Origin: the human T2T-CHM13v2.0 reference genome, Homo sapiens
Reading direction: 5' to 3' (one strand)
DNA: 64,000 nt
Assembly (NCBI RefSeq): GCF_009914755.1
Contig: NC_060933.1
Positions 53,501 through 64,000 of the stretch are shown here, in pieces (position 1 is the first letter of the stretch; every line of letters starts with the position of its first letter). The notes below the pieces were generated by a model. The model had not been told where the DNA came from. It saw only the letters and a list, made by a program, of their open reading frames with translations, and made no database searches. Made by a program: the position numbers and the translations under genes.

Positions 53501-56500
53501 ATGGAATGGAGAGGAATGGAATGGACTGGAATGGAAACTACCCGAATGGAATGGAATGTAATGGAGTCTAAGGGAATTGAATAGAATCAATCCGAATGTA
53601 ATGGAATGGAATGGAACGGAATGGAATGGAATGGAACGGAATGGAATGGAATGGAATGGAATGGAATGGAATGCAGTGGAATGGAATCAACCCGAGTGCA
53701 ATCGAATGGAATCGAATGGAATGCAATGCAATGGAATGGATTCAACTTGAATGGAATGGAAAGAATGGAATCAACACGAGTGGAATGGCATTGATTGGAA
53801 TGTAATGGAATGGAATCAACCCGAGTACAGGGGAATGGAATAGAATGGAATGCAATGGAATGGAATCATCCGTAATGGAATGGAAAGGAATGGAATGGAA
53901 TGGAATGGAATGGAATGGAATCAACTCGATTGCAATCGAATGGAATGGAGAGGAATTAACCCGAATAGAATGGAATAGAATGGAATGGAACGGAACGGAA
54001 TGGAATGGAATGGAATGGAATGGAATGGAACGGAAAGGAAGGGAATGGAATGGAATAGAATGGAATGGAATAGAATCAACGCGAGTGCAGGGGAATGGAA
54101 TGGAATGGAATGCAATGGAATGGAATCTTCCGGAATGGAATGGAATGGAATGGAATGGAATTGAATGGAATCAACCCGAGTGCAATGGAATGGAGTGGAA
54201 TGGAATGGAATGGAATGGAACAACCCGAATGGAATGGAATGTAATGGAGAGTAAGGGAGTTGAATAGAATCAATCCGAATGTAATGGAATGGAATGGAAC
54301 GGAATGGAATTGAATGGAATGGAATGGAATGCAATGGAATGGAATCAACCCGAGTTCAATGGAATGGAGAGGAATGGAATGGAATGCAATGGAAACTACC
54401 CGAATGGAATGTAATGGAGTGTAAGGGAATTGAATAGAATCAATCCGAATGTAATGGAATGGAATGGAACGGAATGGAATGGAATGGAATGGAATGGAAT
54501 GGAATGGAATGGAATGCAATGGAATGGAATCAACCCGAGTGCAATCAAATGGAATCGAATGGAATGGAATGCAATGGAATGGATTCAACTTGAATGGAAT
54601 GGAAAGAATGGAATCAACACGAGTGGAATGGCATGGATTGTAATGGAATGGAATGGAATCAACCCGAGTACAGGGGAATGGAATGGAATGGAATGCAATG
54701 GAATGGAATCAACCGTACTGGAATGGAAAGGAATTGAATGGAATGGAATGGAATGGAATGGAATGGAATGGAATGGAATCAACTCGATTGCAATCGAATG
54801 GAATGGAATGGAATTAACCCGAATAGAATGGAATGGAATGGAATGGAACGGAATGGAATGGAATGGAATGGAATGGAATGGAATGGAATGGAATGGAACG
54901 GAACGGAATGGAATGGAATGGAATGGAATCAACGCGAGTGCAGGGGAATGGAATGGAATGGAATGCAATGGAATGGAATCTTCCGGAATGGAATGGAATG
55001 GAATGGAATGGAATGAAATGCAATGGATTCAACTCGATTGCAATGGAATGGAATAGAATGGAATGGAATGGAATGGAATGGAATTAATCCGAATAGAATG
55101 GAATGGAATGCAATGGAACGGAATGGAATGGAATGGAATGGAATGGAATTGTATGGAATGGAATGGAATGGTACGGAATAGAATGGAATGGAACGAATTG
55201 TAATGGAATGGAATTGAATGGAATGGAATGGAATGGAATGGAATCAACGCGAGTGCAGGGGAATGTAATGGAAAGGAATGCAATGGAATGGAATCATCCG
55301 GAATGGAATGGAATGGAATGGAATGGAATGGAATGGAATCAACCCGAGTGCAATGGAATGGAGTGGAATGGAATGGAATGGAATGGAACAACCAGAATGG
55401 AATGGAATGTAATGGAGAGTAAGGGAGTTGAATAGAATCAATCCGAATGTAATGGAATGGAATGCAACGGAATGGAATGGAATGGAATGGAATGGAATGC
55501 AATGGAATTGAATCAACCCGAGTACAATGGAATGGAATGGAATGGAATGGAATGGAATGGAATGGAATGGAATGATACGGAATAGAATGGAATGGAACGA
55601 AATGGAATGGAATGGAATGGAATGGAATGGAATGGAATGGAATGGAATGGAATGGAATCAACCCGAGTGCAGGGGAATGGAATGGAATGGAATGCAATGG
55701 AATGGAATCATCCGGAATGGAATGGAATGGAATGGAATGCAAAGCAATGGAATCAACTCGATTGCAATGGAATGGAATGGAATGGAAAGGAATACATTGG
55801 AATCAACCCGAGTGGAATGGAATGGAAAGGACTGGAATGGAGTGGAAAGGAATGGAATGGAATGGAATGGAATCAACTCGATTGGAATGGAATGGAATGG
55901 AATGGAATGGAATTAACCCGAATAGAATGGAATGGAATGGAACGGAACGGAACGGAATGGAATGGAATGGAATGGAATGGAATGGAATGGAATCAACCCG
56001 ACTGCAGGGGAATGGAATGGAATGGAAGGCAATGGAATGGATTCAACTTGAATGGAATGGAAAGAATGGAATCAACACGAGTGGAATGGCATGGATTGGA
56101 ATGGAATGGAATGGAATCAACCCGAGTACAGGGGAATGGAATGGAATGGAATGCAATGGAATGGAATCATCCGTAATGGAATGGAAAGGAATGGAATGGA
56201 ATGGAATGGAATGTTATGGAATGGAATGGAATGGAATCAACTCGATTGCAATCGAATGGAATGGAATGGAATTAACCCGAATAGAATGGAATGGAATGGA
56301 ATGGAACGGAACGGAACGGAACGGAACGGAGTGGAATGGAATGGAATGGAATTGTATGGAATGGAATGGCATGGTACGGAATAGAATGGAATGGAAAGAA
56401 TTGGAATGGAATTCCATGGAATGGAATGGAATGGAATGGAATGGAATGGAATGGAATGGAATGGAATCAACCCGAGTGCAATGGAATGGAGAGGAATGGA

Positions 56501-58278
56501 ATGGAATGGAAACTACCCGAATGGAATGGAATGTAATGGAGTGTAAGGGAATTGAATAGAATCAATCCGAATGTAATGGAATGGAATGGAACGGAATGGA
56601 ATGGAATGGAATGGAATGGAATGGAATGGAATCAACGCGAGTGCAGGGGAATGGAATGGAATGGAATGCAATGGGTTGGAAACTTCCGGAATGGAATGGA
56701 ATGGAATGGAATGGAATGAAAGGCAATGGATTCAACTCGATTGCAATGGAATGGAATAGAATGGAATGGAATGGAATGGAATGGAATGGAATTGAATGGA
56801 ATGGAATGCCTTCAAACCGAATGGAATGGAAAGGAATGGAATCAACACGAGTGGAAAGGAATGGAATGGAAAGGAATGGAATGGAATGGAATCAACCCGA
56901 GTGCAATGGAATGGATTCCAATGGAAAGGAATGGAATGGAATGGATTCAACAAGAATGGAATGGAAAGGAATGGAATCAACCCGAGTGTAATGGCATGGA
57001 ATGGAAGGGAATGGAATGGGATGGAATGGAATGGTACGGAATAGAATGGAATGGAATGAAATGGAATGGAATGGAATGGAATGGAATGGAATGGAATGGA
57101 ATGGAATGGAATGAACCTGTGTGCAATGGAATGGAATGGAATGGATTCAAGTCGAATGGAATCAACTCGATTGCAATGGAATGGAATGGAATTGAAAGGA
57201 ATAGAATGGAATCATCCCGAGTGGAATGGAATGGAAAGGACTGGAATGGAGTGGAATGGAATGGAATGGAATGGAATGGAATGGAATGGAATCAACTCGA
57301 TTGCAATCGAATGGAATTGAATGGAATTAACCCGAGTGCAGGGGAATGGAATGGAATGGAATGCAATGGAATGGAATCATCCGGAATGGAATGGAATGGA
57401 ATGGAATGGAATGGAATGGAATGGAATCAACTCGATTTCAATGGAATGGAATGGAATAGAATGGAATGGAATTAACACGAATAGAATGGAATGGAATGGA
57501 ATTGAATGGAACAGAAAGGAATGGAATGGAATGGAATGGAATCAACCCAAGTGCAGTGGAATGGAATGGAATGGAATTCAATGGAATGGAATCATCCGGA
57601 ATGGAATGGAATGGAATGGAATGGAATGGAATCAACCCGAGTGCAATGGAATGGAGAGGAATGGAATGGAATGGAATGGAAACTACACGAATCGAATGGA
57701 ATGTAATGGAGTGTAAGGGAATTGAATAGAATGAATCTGAATGGAATGGAATGGAATGGAATCAACGCGAGTGCAGGGGAATGGAATGTAATGGAATGCA
57801 ATGGAATGGAATCTTCCGTAATGGAATGGAATGGAATGGAATGCAATGGATTCAACTCGATTGCAATGGAATGGAATAGAATGCAATGGAATGGAATGGA
57901 ATGGAATTAACCAGAATAGAATGGAATGGAATGGAACGGAATGGAACGGAACGGAATGGAATGGAATGGAATGGAATGGAATGGAATGGAATGGAATGGA
58001 ATGGTGGGGAATGGAATGGAATGGAATGGAATCAACGCGAGTGCAGGGGAATGTAATGGAACAGAATGTAATGGAATGGAATCATCCGGAATGGAATGGA
58101 ATGGAATGGAATGGAATGGAATGGAATGCAATTGAATGGAATCAACCCGACTACAATGGAATGGAATGGAATGGAATGGAATGGAATGGAATGGAATGGA
58201 ATGGAATGGCTTCAAACCGAATGGAATGGAAAGGAATGGAATCAACACGAGTGGAATGGAATGGAATGGAATGGAACG

Positions 58279-61200
58279 CAATCGAATGGAATGGAATGGT
58301 ATGGAATAGAATGGAATGGAAAGAAATGGAATGCAATGGAATGGAATGGAATGGAATGGAATGGAATGGAATGGAATCGTTCCGAGTGGAATAGGAGGGA
58401 ATGTATTCGAGTGGATTGGAAAGGAATGGAATCAACCAGAGTGGAATGGAAGGGAATGGAATGGAATGGAAACTAATAGAATGGAATCAACCCGAGTGGA
58501 ATGGAATGGAAAGGACTGGAATGGAATGGAATGGAATGGAATGAAATGGAATCAACTCGATTGTAATGGAATGGAATGTAATGGAATGGAATGGAATGGA
58601 ATGGAATGGAATGGAATTAACCCAAATACAATGGAATGGAATGGAATGGAACGGAATGGAGTGGAATGGAATGGAATCAACCCGAGTGCAGGGGAATGGA
58701 ATGGAATGGAATGCAATGGAATGGAATCATCCGGAATGGAATGGAATGGAATGGAATGCAAAGCAATGGAATCAACTCGATTGCAATGGAATGGAATGGA
58801 CTGGAAAGGAATACATTGGAATCAACCCGAGTGGAATGGAATGGAAATGACTGGAATGGAGTGGAATGGAATGGAATGGAATGGAATGGAATCAACTCGA
58901 TTGGAATGGAATGGAATGGAATGGAATGGAATGGAATTAACCCGAATAGAATGGAATGGAATTAAATGGAACGGAGCGGAATGAAATGGAATGGAAGGGA
59001 ATGGAATGGAATGGAATGGAATCAACCCGACTGCAGGGGAATGGAATGGAATGGAATGCAATGGAATGGATTCAACTTGAATGGAATGGAAAGAATGGAA
59101 TCAACACGAGTAGAATGGCATGGATTGGAATGGAATGGAATGGAATGAACCCGAGTACAGGGGAATGGAATGGAATGGAATGCAATGGAATGGAATCATC
59201 CGTAATGGAATGGAAAGGAATGGAATGGAATGGAAGGGAATGGAATGGAATGGAATGTAATCAACTCGATTGCAATCGAATGGAATGGAATGGAATTAAC
59301 CTGAATAGAATGGAATGGAATGGAATGGAATGGAACGGAATCAACCCGAGTGCAATGGAATGGAGTGGAATGGAATGGAATGGAATGGAACAACCCTAAT
59401 GGAATGGAATGTAATGGAGAGTAAGGGAGTTGAATAGAATCATTCCGAATATAATGGAATGGAATGGAACGGAATGGAATGGAATGGAATGGAATGGAAT
59501 GGAATGGAATCAACAAGAGTGCAATCGAATGGAATCGAATGGAATGCAATGCAATGGACTGGATTCAACTTGAATGGAATGGAAAGAATGGAATCAACAC
59601 GAGTGGAATGGCATGGATTGGAATGGAATGGAATGGAATCAACCCGAGTACAGGGGAATGGAATGGAATGGAATGCAATGGAATGGAATCATCCGTAATG
59701 GAATGGAAAGGAATGGAATGGAATGGAATGGAATGGAATGGAATGGAATCAACTCGATTGCAATCGAATGGAATGGAATGGAATTACCCGAATAGAATGG
59801 AAAGGAATGGAATGGAACGGAACGGAATGGAATGGAATGGAATGGAATGGAATGGAACGGAACGGAACGGAACGGAATGGAATGGAATGGATTGGAATGG
59901 AATGGAATCAACGCGAGTGTAGGGGAATGGAATGGAATGGAATGCAATGGAATGGAATCTTTCGGAATGGAATGGAATGGAATGGAATGGAATGAAATGC
60001 AATGGACTCAACTCGATTGCAATGGAATGGAATGGAATGGAATGGAATGGAATGGAATGGAATTAACCCGAATAGAATGGAATGGAATGGAATGGAAAGG
60101 AATGGAACGGAATGGAATGGAATGGAATAGAATGGAATGGAATGGAATGGTATGGAATGGAATGGAATAGTACGGAATAGAATGGAATGGAACGAATTGT
60201 AATGGAATGGAACTGAATGGAATGGAATGGAATGGAATGGAATCAACGCGAGTGCAGGGGAATGTAATGGAACGGAATGCAATGGAATGGAATCATCCGG
60301 AATGGAATGGAATGGAATGGAATGGAATGCAATGGAATGGAATCAACCCGAGTACAATGGAATGGAATGGAATGGAATGGAATGGAATGGAATGCAATGG
60401 AATGGAATGGAATGGAATTGAATGGATTGGAATGCCTTCAAACCGAATGGAATGGAAAGGAATGCAATCAACACGAGTGGAATGGAATGGAATGGAAAGG
60501 AATGGAATGGAATGGAATGGTACGGAATAGAATGGAATGGAACGAAATGGAATGGAATGGAATGGAATAGAATGGAATCGTTCAGAGTGGAATAGGAGGG
60601 AACGTATTCGAGTGGAATGGAAAGGAATGGAATCAACCAGAGTGGAATGGAAGGGAATGGAATGGAATGGAAACTAATAGAATGGAATCAACCCGAGTGG
60701 AATGGAATGGAAATGACTGGAATGGAATGGAATGGAATGGAATGGAATGGAATGGAATGGAATCAACTCGATTGTAATGGATTGGAATGGAATGGAATTG
60801 AATGGAATGGAATGGAATTAACCCGAAGAAAACGGAATGGAATGGAATGGAACGGAATGGAGTGGAATGGAATGGAATCAACCCGAGTGCAGGGGAATGG
60901 AATGGAATGGAATGCAATGGAATGGAATCATCCGGAATGGAATGGAATGGAATGGAATGCAAAGCAATGGAATCAACTCGATTGCAATGGAATGGAATGG
61001 AATGGAAAGGAATACATTGGAATCAACCCGAGTGGAATGGAATGGAAAGGACTGGAATGGAGTGGAATGGAATGGAATGGAATGGAATGCAATCGAATGG
61101 AATGGAATGGTATGGAATAGAATGGAATGGAAAGAAATGGAATGCAATGGAATGGAATGGAATGGAATGGAATGGAATGGAATCGTTCCGAGTGGAATAG

Positions 61201-63915
61201 GAGGGAATGTATTCGAGTGGATTGGAAAGGAATGGAATCAACCAGAGTGGAATGGAAGGGAATGGAATGGAATGGAAACTAATAGAATGGAATCAACCCG
61301 AGTGGAATGGAATGGAAAGGACTGGAATGGAATGGAATAGAATGGAATGAAATGGAATCAACTCGATTGTAATGGAATGGAATGGAATGGAATGAAATGG
61401 AATGGAATGGAATGGAATGGAATTAACCCAAATACAATGGAATGGAATGGAATGGAACGGAATGGAGTGGAATGGAATGGAATCAACCCGAGTGCAGGGG
61501 AATGGAATGGAATGGAATGCAATGGAATGGAATCATCCGGAATGGAATGGAATGGAATGGAATGCAAAGCAATGGAATCAACTCGATTGCAATGGAATGG
61601 AATGGACTGGAAAGGAATACATTGGAATCAACCCGAGTGGAATGGAATGGAAATGACTGGAATGGAGTGGAATGGAATGGAATGGAATGGAATGGAATCA
61701 ACTCGATTGGAATGGAATGGAATGGAATGGAATGGAATGGAATGGAATGGAATGGAATTAACCCGAATAGAATGGAATGGAATTAAATGGAACGGAACGG
61801 AATAAAATGGAATGGAAGGGAATGGAGTGGAATGGAATGGAATCAACCCGACTGCAGGGGAATGGAATGGAATGGAATGCAATGGAATGGATTCAACTTG
61901 AATGGAATGGAAAGAATGGAATCAACACGAGTAGAATGGCATGGATTGGAATGGAATGGAATGGAATGAACCCGAGTACAGGGGAATGGAATGGAATGGA
62001 ATGCAATGGAATGGAATCATCCGTAATGGAATGGAAAGGAATGGAATGGAATGGAAGGGAATGGAATGGAATGGAATGGAATCAACTCGATTGCAATCGA
62101 ATGGAATGGAATGGAATTAACCTGAATAGAATGGAATGGAATGGAATGGAATGGAACGGAATCAACCCGAGTGCAATGGAATGGAGTGGAATGGAATGGA
62201 ATGGAATGGAACAACCCTAATGGAATGGAATGTAATGGAGAGTAAGGGAGTTGAATAGAATCATTCCGAATGTAATGGAATGGAATGGAACGGAATGGAA
62301 TGGAATGGAATGGAATGGAATGGAATGGAATCAACAAGAGTGCAATCGAATGGAATCGAATGGAATGCAATGCAATGGAATGGATTCAACTTGAATGGAA
62401 TGGAAAGAATGGAATCAACACGAGTGGAATGGCATGGATTGGAATGGAATGGAATGGAATCAACCCGAGTACAGGGGAATGGAATGCAATGGAATGCAAT
62501 GGAATGGAATCATCCGTAATGGAATGGAAAGGAATGGAATGGAATGGAATGGAATGGAATGGAATGGAATGGAATCAACTCGATTGCAATCGAATGGAAT
62601 GGAATGGAATTACCCGAATAGAATGGAAAGGAATGGAATGGAACGGAACGGAATGGAATGGAATGGAGTGGAATGGAATGGAACGGAACGGAACGGAACG
62701 GAATGGAATGGAATGGATTGGAATGGAATGGAATCAACGCGAGTGTAGGGGAATGGAATGGAATGGAATGCAATGGAATGGAATCTTCCGGAATGGAATG
62801 GAATGGAATGGAATGAAATGCAATGGACTCAACTCGATTGCAATGGAATGGAATAGAATGGAATAGAATGGATTGGAATGGAATTAACCCGAATAGAATG
62901 GAATGGAATGGAATGGAAAGGAATGGAACGGAAAGGAATGGAATGGAATAGAATGGAATGGAATGGAATGGTATGGAATGGAATGGAATAGTACGGAATG
63001 GAATGGAATGGAATGAATTGTAATGGAATGGAACTGAATGGAATGGAATGGAATGGAATGGAATCAACGCTAGTGCAGGGGAATGTAATGGAAAGGAATG
63101 CAATGGAATGGAATCATCCGGAATGGAATGGAATGGAATGGAATGGAATGCAATGGAATGGATTCAACCCGAGTACAATGGAATGGAATGGAATGGAATG
63201 GAATGGAATGGAATGGAATGCAATGGAATGGAATGGAATGGAATTGAATGGATCGGAATGCCTTCAAACCGAATGGAATGGAAAGGAATGCAATCAACAC
63301 GAGTGGAATGGAATGGAATGGAAAGGAATGGAATGGAATGGAATGGTACGGAATAGAATGGAATGGAACGAAATGGAATGGAATGGAATGGAATAGAATG
63401 GAATCGTTCAGAGTGGAATAGGAGGGAACGTATTCGAGTGGAATGGAAAGGAATGGAATCAACCAGAGTGGAATGGAAGGGAATGGAATGGAATGGAAAC
63501 TAATAGAATGGAATCAACCCGAGTGGAATGGAATGGAAATGACTGGAATGGAATGGAATGGAATGGAATGGAATGGAATGGAATGGAATCAACTCGATTG
63601 TAATGGATTGGAATGGAATGGAATTGAATGCAATAGAATGGAATTAACCCGAATAAAACGGAATGGAATGGAATGGAACGGAATGGAGTGGAATGGAATG
63701 GAATCAACCCGAGTGCAGGGGAATGGAATGGAATGGAATGCAATGGAATGGAATCATCCGGAATGGAATGGAATGGAATGGAATGCAAAGCAATGGAATC
63801 AACTCGATTGCAATGGAATGGAATGGAATGGAAAGGAATACATTGGAATCAACCCGAGTGGAATGGAATGGAAAGGACTGGAATGGAGTGGAATGGAATG
63901 GAATGGAATGGAATG
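58279..63915 (+). repeat. Head-to-tail tandem duplication, 2 x ~2.82 kb
   Basis: The second unit begins ~61090. Shared GAGTGGATTGG, GGACTGGAAAGG, AAATGACTGG, CAACCCTAAT, CAACAAGAGTGC, GAATTACCCG (1-bp deletion), GCGAGTGTAGGG and CGTTCAGAGT. ORF offsets are 2806-2826. Confidence 0.93.
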
Positions 63916-64000
63916 GAATCAACTCGATTGGAATGGAATGGAATGGAATGGAATGGAATGGAATGGAATGGAATGGAATTAACCCGAATAGAATGGAATG

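Larger units (their letters stand above)
1..64000 (+). repeat. Human Satellite III (HSat3) array, (GGAAT)n with interspersed CAACCCGAGT-type decamers; pericentromeric heterochromatin, probably 9q12-type subfamily
   Basis: Every line is GGAAT pentamers plus variants (GCAAT, GTAAT, GGAAC, AGAAT). Recurrent islands are CAACCCGAGT, CAACTCGATT, CAACGCGAGT, CAACACGAGT and TAACCCGAAT. Pentamer plus CAACCCGAGT decamer is the classical Satellite 3 definition; the CATTCGATTC-rich pattern of HSat2 is not dominant. There is no unique sequence and no strand switch. The chromosome assignment is inference. Confidence 0.97.
1..64000 (+). ncRNA. Potential template for stress-induced G-rich SatIII (HSATIII) lncRNA; no start or end definable
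   Basis: Established: HSF1 drives transcription of the GGAAU strand of SatIII under heat shock. Here the + strand is the G-rich strand and carries many perfect HSEs. Transcription of this particular segment cannot be shown from sequence. Confidence 0.35.

Noticed and set aside
8-63982. Hundreds of ORFs of 60-442 aa on both strands as protein-coding genes
   Set aside because: A GGAAT repeat has no stop codon in any frame and an ATG every 5 bp. The products are poly-MEWNG / poly-IPFHS, overlap in all frames and show no domain structure.
1-64000. CRISPR-like repeat/spacer array (constant islands with intervening sequence)
   Set aside because: The intervening tracts are the satellite itself rather than unique spacers, spacing is irregular, and there are no cas genes or leader.
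1-64000. Alpha satellite, CENP-B boxes, telomeric repeat, or Alu/L1 insertions
   Set aside because: There is no 171-bp monomer, no TTCG....A..CGGG box, no TTAGGG tract, no poly(A) tail and no non-satellite segment.

Overview
The whole window is one uninterrupted (GGAAT)n/(CATTC)n pentamer satellite. The purine-rich strand is on + throughout, and it is punctuated by ~10-bp islands of the CAACCCGAGT family. This is classical human/great-ape Satellite III (HSat3). The module content resembles the 9q12-type array that nucleates nuclear stress bodies, but that assignment is from recall and needs a database check. I see no credible protein gene, RNA gene, transposon or CRISPR array; the ORFs (poly-MEWNG / poly-IPFHS) are a by-product of a stop-free 5-bp repeat. 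The information is in the variants. (1) A small vocabulary of fixed modules is chained in a stereotyped order, with no fixed higher-order period. (2) About 39 perfect three-unit heat-shock elements (GAAnnTTCnnGAA) occur, almost always 45 bp downstream of a CAACGCGAGT island. (3) A 14-bp palindrome recurs. (4) The pentamer register slips in one direction only. (5) Nested duplications range from 85 bp to ~2.8 kb, with dispersed paralogous blocks up to ~49 kb apart. (6) There are a few mutational fossils: length-neutral pentamer overwriting, a single-pentamer inversion and a 12-bp microhomology deletion. All counts and boundaries were read by eye and are approximate.
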